From a candidate division WWE3 bacterium CG_4_9_14_0_2_um_filter_35_11 (lineage in GTDB: Bacteria > Patescibacteriota > WWE3 > 2-01-FULL-39-13), in assembly GCA_002789015.1 (NCBI GenBank), contig PFSJ01000019.1:26012-50011 (forward strand): 24,000 bases of DNA. Direction: 5' to 3'. The notes beneath the pieces were generated by a model. It saw nothing but the letters and a program-made list of their open reading frames with translations. It was not told where the DNA came from and searched no databases. Positions 1 to 7,033 of this stretch are shown here, in pieces. Every line of letters begins with the position of its first letter. Positions within the stretch are counted from its first letter, which is position 1. The translations under genes and the position numbers were made by a program.

Positions 1-654
1 AACATGTAAAAATTTATTTTGATACTTTTCGAGTACATTTGGGTTGTCATGAAAAAGCTTTACTACTGCGAATATAATGTCATCAAAGTCCAAAGCGTGG
101 TTATCTTTTAACCTCTCTTGATACTTTGGATATATCTTACTAACTCGATCAAAAAAATAATTTCCGCCAGATTGCCTTGCATACTCTTTTGGATCAATTA
201 GCTCACTTTTCGCACGAGAAATTGAGGACAAAACAGCTTTTGGCGCCAAATCATTCATTGAATCGCCGATGTCAGCCATCACTTCCTTAATTATCTTTAT
301 GGAATCATCTGTATCATAAATAACAAAATCACGAGCAATCTCAAGTGCTTGACCTTCTATCCTTAAAATACGAACGCAGATTGAATGAAATGTGCCAATC
401 CAAGAAGGCGCGATAAAACCAGTATCTTTCAGTAAAGACTCTACCCTTTCCTTCATCTCTTTTGCGGCTTTATTTGTAAAAGTAACAGCCAATATTTGGT
501 CAGAACTTAAACCCTTATCTTTCATTAAATAAGCAATCTTATGGGTTAAGGCTCTTGTTTTACCACTTCCTGGGCCGGCTATTATCATAGCCGGCCCACT
601 ATCATGCAAAACAACATCTTTTTGTTCCTGGTTAAGCTCTGATAATAAATCCAT
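1..654 (-). CDS. pcrA: ATP-dependent DNA helicase, UvrD/PcrA (SF1) family; N-terminal ~218 aa, the rest lies beyond the window start
   Basis: The minus-strand frame stays open to the window edge, so it is absent from the ORF track. The ATG at 654-652 overlaps the upstream stop (TAATG). My translation is MDLLSELNQEQKDVVLHDSGPAMIIAGPGSGKTRALTHKIAYL..AVTFTNKAAKEMKERV..GTFHSICVRIL..LDFDDII. This shows the Q motif, Walker A and motif Ia typical of UvrD/PcrA. Confidence 0.85.
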   Translation of the reverse strand, partial: MDLLSELNQEQKDVVLHDSGPAMIIAGPGSGKTRALTHKIAYLMKDKGLSSDQILAVTFTNKAAKEMKERVESLLKDTGFIAPSWIGTFHSICVRILRIEGQALEIARDFVIYDTDDSIKIIKEVMADIGDSMNDLAPKAVLSSISRAKSELIDPKEYARQSGGNYFFDRVSKIYPKYQERLKDNHALDFDDIIFAVVKLFHDNPNVLEKYQNKFLHV

Positions 655-1736
655 TAGTACTTAGGCAAATAGCTCTGAAAGTTTGAAGAATCAATAACAA
701 CTCTATCCGTTTTCTTTTCAACAATTTCAAGCGCTGCTTTTCTAGCCATATTTTCTAAAGTTCTTTGCAAGGATCTTATTCCACTATCAAAACCCAGAGG
801 CCTTAGGATTGAAGCCCAAACGTCACTTGAAAACTCAAGCTGAGATTCATCAAGACCTGTCTCTGCTCTAACGCGTGGCAATAAATAATCTCTTGCAATT
901 ACTTGCTTTTCATCATCTGTATATGAAGGCATTCTGATAACTTCCAAGCGATCTAAAAGCGCCGCACTAAATGTCCCTATTTTATTTGCGGAAACAATAA
1001 ACATAACCTTAGACAAATCAATCGGGAAATCAAAATAGTGATCTCTAAATGAGGTATTTTGTTCTGGATCTAAAACTTCAAGCATCGTGGCCATAATGTC
1101 AGCTAAAAGTCCACTTTGACCACTCGCTTTATCTAACTCATCTAGTAAAATTACCGGATTTCTAACACCAGTTCGAATAATTGCTTTTATGATTTGTCCT
1201 GGCTCAGCACCTTCAACAGCTTTATCCCTTCCTCTAATTTCAAGAACAGATCCGATAGCTCCCATTGAAACTCTATAAAACGGTCTATTTAAAGCTTCAG
1301 CAATACTTTTTGCCATTGTTGTTTTACCAATACCTTGAAGACCAACCATACATATAATTGGTGACCTATCAACAGCCTTGAAATCTTTCTTTTCAAAAAG
1401 CAACTGTCTAACAGCTAAATATTGAGCAATTCGATCTTTTACAACATCAAGTCCATAATGATTTTTATTTAGCACAGTTCGTACTCGATTTATGTCAAAA
1501 ACTTCTTCTGCGGTTTTTGTCCAAGGGAAAGAAACAATCCAATTAATATAATTGCTAATAATGTCGTGTTCTCTTGAGTAAACTCCTGACTCAGACATCT
1601 TCTCTAACCTACCCAGCATTGCCAAGCAAGTAGTTTTCAATTCGTCCGGAGCATCCACTGAGTTTAATTTTGATTTCAAAACCTCTATTTCGTCTAAATT
1701 TTTTAAATTCCCAATGGACGGGACAGATTGATTCAT
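654..1736 (-). CDS. Lon-like AAA+ ATPase module without the N-terminal LON domain and without the protease domain
   Basis: 360 aa. Walker A GLQGIGKTT, Walker B ILLDELDK, LEVLDPEQN, FIVSAN (sensor 1), LLDRLEVI (Arg finger) and GIRSLQR (sensor 2). All closely follow the Lon A-type ATPase consensus. The protein ends where the Lon protease domain would begin. Confidence 0.85.
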   Translation of the reverse strand: MNQSVPSIGNLKNLDEIEVLKSKLNSVDAPDELKTTCLAMLGRLEKMSESGVYSREHDIISNYINWIVSFPWTKTAEEVFDINRVRTVLNKNHYGLDVVKDRIAQYLAVRQLLFEKKDFKAVDRSPIICMVGLQGIGKTTMAKSIAEALNRPFYRVSMGAIGSVLEIRGRDKAVEGAEPGQIIKAIIRTGVRNPVILLDELDKASGQSGLLADIMATMLEVLDPEQNTSFRDHYFDFPIDLSKVMFIVSANKIGTFSAALLDRLEVIRMPSYTDDEKQVIARDYLLPRVRAETGLDESQLEFSSDVWASILRPLGFDSGIRSLQRTLENMARKAALEIVEKKTDRVVIDSSNFQSYLPKY

Positions 1737-1742
1737 AAGTTG

Positions 1743-1751
1743 ATTCTAGCA
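1743..1751 (-). promoter_or_regulatory. Extended -10 box TGCTAGAAT, 6 nt upstream of the ATG at 1736 (leaderless-type promoter)
   Basis: The minus strand reads TTATTGTGCTAGAATcaacttATG. No Shine-Dalgarno sequence fits in the 6-nt gap. Confidence 0.55.
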
Positions 1752-1796
1752 CAATAAATTCAACCAATTTAACGTGTAGACGATCGGTTTTAATCC

Positions 1797-1805
1797 TGAT
1801 AACAT
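1797..1805 (+). promoter_or_regulatory. Extended -10-like box TGATAACAT, 7 nt upstream of the ATG at 1813
   Basis: The plus strand reads TGATAACATctggataATG. It has the same geometry as the other operon-first genes in the window. Confidence 0.4.
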
Positions 1806-1812
1806 CTGGATA

Positions 1813-2121
1813 ATGCCAAAACAAGATAATTCGTTCGATTACGATTTCAACGACGACGACACAACAGATTCATCGGTTCGCGTAAGCGACAATGAAGAAG
1901 CCTCTCGTGATGACTATCTAAATAAGCTTGGGAAAGTAATTGAGCAAGTTCAGGATGAATTAGAAGCTGAAGCGGATAGCGACGATACTATTTTTGTTGA
2001 TCCAGAGAAAATAACAGAAGCGATAGAAACTTTGACAGAATTACTTCACATTAGATCAGAACAACTTGCCGAAAAAGACTTACCTACTCACGTAGACGAA
2101 AAAGTCGAAGAATACAGATAA
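1813..2121 (+). CDS. Small, highly acidic hypothetical protein (102 aa)
   Basis: The ORF fills the gap between divergent and convergent neighbours. By my count 32 of 102 residues are Asp/Glu and 10 are Lys/Arg. A -10-like box sits 7 nt upstream. I recognise no family. Confidence 0.45.
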   Translation: MPKQDNSFDYDFNDDDTTDSSVRVSDNEEASRDDYLNKLGKVIEQVQDELEAEADSDDTIFVDPEKITEAIETLTELLHIRSEQLAEKDLPTHVDEKVEEYR

Positions 2122-2123
2122 GC

Positions 2124-3503
2124 TTAAACAATCCTCATAAATAAATTTTCTGAATGTATTTCCCCTGTTATGATTTTTTCTATTTTTGATGATGTTTCCG
2201 GCATGATCGGAGCAATCAGACCTACAACCTCTAGGATTTTTTCGATTGCTGTATCTATTACAAGCTTTTGAGCTTCTCCTTCTAACTTCCACGGAGCTTC
2301 TGTGCTGAAATAATCATTAGCTGATCGAATAAGCTCTTGAACACTTGTTACTACTTCATTTAACTTAAAGTCCTCGTATGACATATTTATAAGGGCTACC
2401 CTTTCTTTTAAGGGGCTACCCTCATTTATAAACTTAGCCACTCTCGAAACCAAATTTCCTAATCCATTGGCTAAATTTGAATTATATTTTTCGTCAAACC
2501 ATTTCATACTGACATCACTATCGTCAGAATATGGCATACTTGCAGCAAGTAAATATCTTGTACCATCTACTCCATACCTATCAATCAAGTCTTGCGGAGA
2601 TATCACATTACCCAATGACTTTCCCATCTTGCGACCTTCAACATTATAATATCCATGAACAAAAATTCTTTTTGGCAAAGGTAAATCCAAAGCCAATAAA
2701 AGTGCTGGCCAAATTACAGAATGGAACCAATTATTACCCTTTCCTAAAAAATGCACATCTGCAGGCCAAAACTCTTCCTTATTCCAAAACTTTGTCGCAG
2801 AGTAATAATTCATCAGCGCCTCTATCCATACATAAGTTGTATGTGATGTATCCCACGGAATCGGAATCCCCCACGCAACATTTTGTCTTGAAGCCGACAA
2901 GTCATTCACGCCTTCATTAATTCTAGACAACATTTCGTTCTTCTTATTTTCTGGCTCTACCAAAAGCTCTTTACTGTCGATTAGTTCTTTAACCTTTGGA
3001 ATATATTTCGACAATCTAAAAAAGTAGTTTTCTTCTTCTTTGTACTCAATCTGGTCTGGCCTGTGTTCTGGACATTTTCCATCCACTAAATCTTTTTCCG
3101 ATTTAAATTCTTCACATCCCCAACAATAAATACCTTTGTAGACACCTTTGTAGATATCGCCTTTCTCCTGAAGCTTAATCAATAACTCCTTAACAATTTT
3201 TTCATGTCCAGGTAATGTCGTTCGCATGAATTGATCGTTACTTATATTTAGCTTTTTCCAGTATTCCTGCCATTTTAATGCTAATTCATCTACGAACTCT
3301 TGAGGTTTTTTGGATGCCATTTCTGCTGCCTTTGCAACTTTTTCCCCGTGCTCATCGGTTCCTGTTAAAAAGAAAACCTCCTTGCCTTGCGATCTTTGAT
3401 ATCTTGCAATGATATCTGCAAAAACGGTAGTTCCAGTATGCCCAATATGTGGAACATCATTTGAGTAATAAATAGGAGTTGTAATATAAAAACGCTCTGA
3501 CAT
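2124..3503 (-). CDS. metG: Methionyl-tRNA synthetase (short form, no C-terminal tRNA-binding domain)
   Basis: 459 aa. HIGH motif (VPHIGHTGT), KMSKS variant (RKMGKSLGN), zinc knuckle CWGCEEF..CPEH, WGIPIPWD and the anticodon-domain LGNLVSR helix. Confidence 0.95.
   Translation of the reverse strand: MSERFYITTPIYYSNDVPHIGHTGTTVFADIIARYQRSQGKEVFFLTGTDEHGEKVAKAAEMASKKPQEFVDELALKWQEYWKKLNISNDQFMRTTLPGHEKIVKELLIKLQEKGDIYKGVYKGIYCWGCEEFKSEKDLVDGKCPEHRPDQIEYKEEENYFFRLSKYIPKVKELIDSKELLVEPENKKNEMLSRINEGVNDLSASRQNVAWGIPIPWDTSHTTYVWIEALMNYYSATKFWNKEEFWPADVHFLGKGNNWFHSVIWPALLLALDLPLPKRIFVHGYYNVEGRKMGKSLGNVISPQDLIDRYGVDGTRYLLAASMPYSDDSDVSMKWFDEKYNSNLANGLGNLVSRVAKFINEGSPLKERVALINMSYEDFKLNEVVTSVQELIRSANDYFSTEAPWKLEGEAQKLVIDTAIEKILEVVGLIAPIMPETSSKIEKIITGEIHSENLFMRIV
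2385..2431. repeat. Mini-element copy A: ATTTATAA|GGGCTACCCT-N10-GGGCTACCCTC|ATTTATAA, inside metG
   Basis: Exact 10-mers at 2393-2402 and 2413-2422 (starts 20 bp apart). Perfect 8-bp direct repeats at 2385-2392 and 2424-2431. Core plus one flank is 39 bp, or 13 codons. Confidence 0.8.
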
Positions 3504-3509
3504 AACAAA

Positions 3510-3518
3510 AGTATATCA
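3510..3518 (-). promoter_or_regulatory. Extended -10 box TGATATACT, 6 nt upstream of the metG ATG (3503)
   Basis: The minus strand reads TGATATACTtttgttATG. The same 9-mer precedes the aldolase and GH1 genes. Confidence 0.55.
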
Positions 3519-3528
3519 TCTGCAAATA

Positions 3529-3538
3529 AGGCTACCCC
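3529..3538. repeat. Possible degenerate solo copy of the 10-mer (GGCTACCCCT), intergenic
   Basis: The plus strand reads aaATAAGGCTACCCCTATCTTATgg. It shares GGCTACCC with the GGGCTACCCT unit and is flanked by ATAA and TTAT. Confidence 0.3.
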
Positions 3539-3542
3539 TATC

Positions 3543-3962
3543 TTATGGCTCTAGCCGACGAATTCCAGAAACACCATCAAAGTCCTTATCGTAAGTGTAT
3601 ATATCTTTTAACCCATTTTCATCCATGTATGCAACGTTATATGCATCTTCAAAATCGACCTTCGATTTAGATAAAATACCGAGGGCTTTTATAACAAGGT
3701 ATTTTTCGTCTATTTTGAGATTTGGAATTAGAATTATTGGAAGCAATAATTCAACGATTTCACTACCTTGGATTTTATACAACTGTGGAGATTTTAAAAC
3801 ATAAAACACTTCTGCTATTACTAAAATTGAGGTTCTTAAATTTAGCTTCCCGTCTTTAGCACCTTCAAAAATTTTTTTACACTGTCTAGACTTTAGCTTG
3901 TCATCGCTAGTTAAATATCTTATGAAAATATTTGTATCAACGAATTTCCCTTCTGTGATCAT
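3543..3962 (-). CDS. vapC: PIN-domain toxin, VapC family
   Basis: 139 aa. Acidic PIN residues occur in FVDTNIF, IAEV, FEDAY and YDKDF. Its ATG overlaps the upstream antitoxin stop (ATGA). Confidence 0.85.
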   Translation of the reverse strand: MITEGKFVDTNIFIRYLTSDDKLKSRQCKKIFEGAKDGKLNLRTSILVIAEVFYVLKSPQLYKIQGSEIVELLLPIILIPNLKIDEKYLVIKALGILSKSKVDFEDAYNVAYMDENGLKDIYTYDKDFDGVSGIRRLEP

Positions 3963-4225
3963 TGAGTCTCCTTGCTACTTTTATAATCTTTTGCTATCTT
4001 GACCATCTCTTCTACTGTAAGTAATTTCTCAAGTGGAGGCAAAATACCATATACATCATCTAGAGAATATTTTGAAGAAGTCAAAACAACAGCGCCATCA
4101 TCCTCAATGCTATACACAACAACATCGCCGGATTTAACTCGCAAAGCATCTCTTACAACAACAGGCAATGTGATTTGCCCTTTCGAACTAATTTTTGAGA
4201 CATACGAAGTCTTTACTTTTTTCAT
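3959..4225 (-). CDS. vapB: AbrB/SpoVT-type antitoxin, VapB-like
   Basis: 88 aa. SKGQITLPVVVRDALRVKSGD is a swapped-hairpin AbrB/MazE-type motif. It lies upstream of, and overlaps by 4 nt, the PIN gene. Confidence 0.8.
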   Translation of the reverse strand: MKKVKTSYVSKISSKGQITLPVVVRDALRVKSGDVVVYSIEDDGAVVLTSSKYSLDDVYGILPPLEKLLTVEEMVKIAKDYKSSKETQ

Positions 4226-4231
4226 ATGTAA

Positions 4232-4240
4232 AGAATAACA
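4232..4240 (-). promoter_or_regulatory. Extended -10-like box TGTTATTCT, 6 nt upstream of the vapB ATG (4225)
   Basis: The minus strand reads TGTTATTCTttacatATG. Confidence 0.4.
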
Positions 4241-4252
4241 AAGAATACGGTT

Positions 4253-4921
4253 CTATTCAAGATATCTTCCGCGCATCTTGTATAGGACGATTAAAGCTAA
4301 AATCAAAACTGGAATAAGATACAAAGTTAAATTGGTCCCAAGTACTCCACCGAAAATCCAATATATTGGGACGCCAATAATCAAATGGGAAATAACCATC
4401 GCAATTGTATATTTCCAAAAGTCAATTCTAAAAAGCCCTGCCGCATAATGGATTGCCTCTACAATTGTAGCTCCAGCTAAGATTCTTAAAACTATTAAGC
4501 CTTCAATTTCCTTCCCTTTTTTGATTTTAATAAGGCCAATTTTTTCCGAAATGGCATTACCAAAAAACTTCTTAACAATCTTTATGCCATATTTTCTTCC
4601 AAGGTAATAATCAACGGATCCACCTAGAACTGACCCAGTTAAGTCGCAAATTAAAGCATATTCCCAACCTATAATCGGAATTGCAGCAAGTGTGAAATAT
4701 CCGCCAGAAATCGGTGGATAAACAATTCCAACAAACTTAATAAAAACCAAGACCGAACAAAACAAAACAAAATTGTCATCGGCATATTCGTTAAGTGAAC
4801 TAGCATATGGAGATTTGACAAACCACATATAACCAATAAGCATAACAAGGCTTATTAAAAGGAAAAACATTAAATCTTTAGTAATGTGTAACTTAATACT
4901 ATTTATAACCTTATGGAACAT
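4253..4921 (-). CDS. DedA / TVP38-TMEM64 (VTT-domain) family membrane protein
   Basis: 222 aa with multiple hydrophobic helices. GSVLGGSVDYYLGRKYG matches the DedA/SNARE-associated signature. Confidence 0.7.
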   Translation of the reverse strand: MFHKVINSIKLHITKDLMFFLLISLVMLIGYMWFVKSPYASSLNEYADDNFVLFCSVLVFIKFVGIVYPPISGGYFTLAAIPIIGWEYALICDLTGSVLGGSVDYYLGRKYGIKIVKKFFGNAISEKIGLIKIKKGKEIEGLIVLRILAGATIVEAIHYAAGLFRIDFWKYTIAMVISHLIIGVPIYWIFGGVLGTNLTLYLIPVLILALIVLYKMRGRYLE

Positions 4922-4924
4922 AAG

Positions 4925-5215
4925 CTAAATGATATCAAAACGACGCTGAAGAAATAGCAGGAGAATAAATATAAAACCAATAACCACAGCCTTCTTAAAT
5001 TGTCTTCGAAAACGTTGCCTATCGCTTTCATGGCCAAAAGGCCTACTGAATATATAAAACATAACGGATAAAAATAAACAAATAAAAGCCCAAAGCAAAA
5101 AAAGAAATAAATACAAAAAATACCCAACTGGCGGAATCATCAAGGCACTATACGAAATTCCACATAATGCCAAAAGCATCAAAATAAAAACTGTAAGCAG
5201 AAAATGAGACTTCAT
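4925..5215 (-). CDS. Small hydrophobic membrane protein (96 aa), hypothetical
   Basis: About three predicted TM helices. Its stop is 3 nt from the next ATG. A TATAAT box lies 7 nt upstream. Confidence 0.55.
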   Translation of the reverse strand: MKSHFLLTVFILMLLALCGISYSALMIPPVGYFLYLFLFLLWAFICLFLSVMFYIFSRPFGHESDRQRFRRQFKKAVVIGFIFILLLFLQRRFDII

Positions 5216-5222
5216 AAAAATT

Positions 5223-5228
5223 ATTATA
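5223..5228 (-). promoter_or_regulatory. -10 box TATAAT, 7 nt upstream of the ATG at 5215
   Basis: The minus strand reads GGTTATAATaatttttATG. It is part of a divergent promoter pair with rmuC. Confidence 0.5.
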
Positions 5229-5254
5229 ACCTTTTCTTGCTTCTCCTTTTACAC

Positions 5255-5260
5255 TAGAAT
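5255..5260 (+). promoter_or_regulatory. -10 box TAGAAT, 6 nt upstream of the rmuC ATG (5267)
   Basis: The plus strand reads ACACTAGAATgcctacATG. Confidence 0.5.
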
Positions 5261-5266
5261 GCCTAC

Positions 5267-6352
5267 ATGGATTCAACTATTCTTTTTATATCTTCAATGT
5301 TTGTTAGCGTTGCCCTTTTTGGAACGATTTTCTATTTCATGCAACAACAATTCAAAAAACTTCAAGATGGAAATCAAAATGAAAAGAAAGATGAAATCTT
5401 AACTAAATGGCTTGAAAACATGCAAGGAACAATGGATATGCGTCTAAAAAATGTTCAAGATCAACTTCACCAAACAACGTCAACATTAAATGATCGCGTC
5501 GATGAATCTTCCAAAAGCATGAACTTTCGACTTGATAAAGCCGCCGAAGTTATAGGAAATGTCCAAAAAGAATTAGGTTCTATGAGTGAAATCGGACGCG
5601 GCATGAAAGATCTACAAGACTTTTTAAGATCGCCAAAATTGCGAGGCAATATTGGCGAAGAAATACTCAAAGACCTTTTAGAACAAATGATTCCATCCGA
5701 AAATTACATGCTCCAGCACACCTTTTCTACAGGAGATCGCGTTGATGCACTTTTAAAAGTGGAAGAAGGATATATTTCTGTAGACTCAAAATTCCCGATG
5801 GAAAACTTTAACCAAATGTCTCAAGCAGAAAAACAAGAAGACCGAGAAACAATTCGAAAAACATTCACAAGAGATGTCAAAAAACACATTAGCGATATTT
5901 CTAAAAAATACATATTGCCATCTGAAGGAACCGTTGATTTTGCCTTAATGTATATTCCAAGCGAAGCAATTTACTACGAAGTCGTTGTGAACAATCCAGA
6001 ACTCGGAAAATATTCATGGAGTCAAAGGGTTTTACCTGTTTCCCCAAACGTTTTTTACTCATATTTAAAAGCAATATTAATCGGACTTGAAGGCAAAAAA
6101 GTCGAATCAAGAGCAAAAGAAATACTTGCAGCAATAAGAAGCATAAAAGAAGACTCAATCAAATTCTCTGACTCACTTAGGGTTATGACAAAACACATTT
6201 CAAATGCAAAAAACAGCGCTGATGACGTTACAAAGAACTTTGAAAGATTAGATAACAGAATTGGAGGACTCGACAACATAGGACGAATCGGAGACAGAAA
6301 AATTGCTGAAGTAGTTAAAGGAAGCGAACAACCAGAACTAATAGAAAACTAA
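5267..6352 (+). CDS. rmuC: DNA recombination protein RmuC
   Basis: 361 aa with an N-terminal TM helix and a coiled region. LRSPKLRGNIGEEILKDLLEQ and ALMYIPSEAIYYE are typical RmuC blocks. Confidence 0.85.
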   Translation: MDSTILFISSMFVSVALFGTIFYFMQQQFKKLQDGNQNEKKDEILTKWLENMQGTMDMRLKNVQDQLHQTTSTLNDRVDESSKSMNFRLDKAAEVIGNVQKELGSMSEIGRGMKDLQDFLRSPKLRGNIGEEILKDLLEQMIPSENYMLQHTFSTGDRVDALLKVEEGYISVDSKFPMENFNQMSQAEKQEDRETIRKTFTRDVKKHISDISKKYILPSEGTVDFALMYIPSEAIYYEVVVNNPELGKYSWSQRVLPVSPNVFYSYLKAILIGLEGKKVESRAKEILAAIRSIKEDSIKFSDSLRVMTKHISNAKNSADDVTKNFERLDNRIGGLDNIGRIGDRKIAEVVKGSEQPELIEN

Positions 6353-6744
6353 GGTTCTTTTACCTTTATCTCTGAAACCTTTGCGAGTTTTTTATCATAT
6401 GAATAAATCGCATCAACACCGACTTCTATACCCATCGCAATTTCGTACGCATCTATAAATTCGATGTTTTCCTTTACCCAAATATCAAGGGCTAATCTTA
6501 AGGCTTGTTTATTAGTAACTACAGATTCAGATTCGATTACAGCAACTAACATTTCCTCGATGGCATCTGAATCTAATTTATAAAATGAAGATAAAACCCA
6601 TACACATTCGGCGACAACAACATCCAAAAGGAGTACCCTATCATTATTGGAGCTCAATAATTTCTTAACTTTAGTTGCCTTAGCTAGATCATCTTTTACA
6701 AAAAACCGAATAAGTAAATTTGTATCAATTATTGCAAACGCCAT
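6349..6744 (-). CDS. vapC: PIN-domain toxin, VapC family (second copy)
   Basis: 131 aa with IIDTNLL, VAEC, FIDAY and YDKKL. It has the same architecture as the 3543-3962 protein, including the C-terminal EP ending. Confidence 0.85.
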   Translation of the reverse strand: MAFAIIDTNLLIRFFVKDDLAKATKVKKLLSSNNDRVLLLDVVVAECVWVLSSFYKLDSDAIEEMLVAVIESESVVTNKQALRLALDIWVKENIEFIDAYEIAMGIEVGVDAIYSYDKKLAKVSEIKVKEP

Positions 6745-6998
6745 TTCTTTTTGTATAAATCAACTACATGCTCACGCGCAATTTTATGGATATCAATTTC
6801 ATCAATGGGTTTACCACTTTTAACAGAACCCATAACCTCATCCAATGACTTAACTTTTTTCAAAACAACTTCGTTTTTCAAGTTAATTGAAAAGGTCACC
6901 TTATCAGAAGGCTTAATGCCAAGGCTATCTCTTACATATGAAGGAAGCGTAACCTGATATTTGGTTGTAAGTTTAGAAGACGCGTTCATGGCATACAT
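6729..6998 (-). CDS. vapB: AbrB/SpoVT-type antitoxin, VapB-like (second copy)
   Basis: YQVTLPSYVRDSLGIKPSDKV is an AbrB-type motif. The track ORF begins at a TTG at 7025. I prefer the in-frame ATG at 6998 (or 6989), but the start is uncertain. Confidence 0.7.
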   Translation of the reverse strand: MYAMNASSKLTTKYQVTLPSYVRDSLGIKPSDKVTFSINLKNEVVLKKVKSLDEVMGSVKSGKPIDEIDIHKIAREHVVDLYKKKWRLQ

Positions 6999-7033
6999 GA
7001 TACATTGAGGTATACCAAAAGACAATGGGTATA

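Noticed and set aside
448-456. Partial matches to the repeat unit (CTACCCT at about 448-456 in the helicase gene, similar fragments near 1610, 17281 and 22185, GGTAGC near 23911).
   Set aside because: Only 6-7 nt match, with no partner unit at 20 bp and no TTAT flanks. This is consistent with chance.
1-1736. The Lon-like ATPase plus UvrD-type helicase pair as a Gabija/BREX-like defence module.
   Set aside because: The helicase N-terminus carries the full housekeeping PcrA/UvrD motif set. The ATPase follows canonical Lon rather than OLD/ABC-type defence ATPases. No nuclease or methylase partner is visible, so the adjacency alone is insufficient.
3504-3542. A T-box or other leader riboswitch upstream of metG.
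   Set aside because: Only 39 nt separate metG from the preceding gene, and a -10 box lies 6 nt from the ATG. There is no room for a structured leader.
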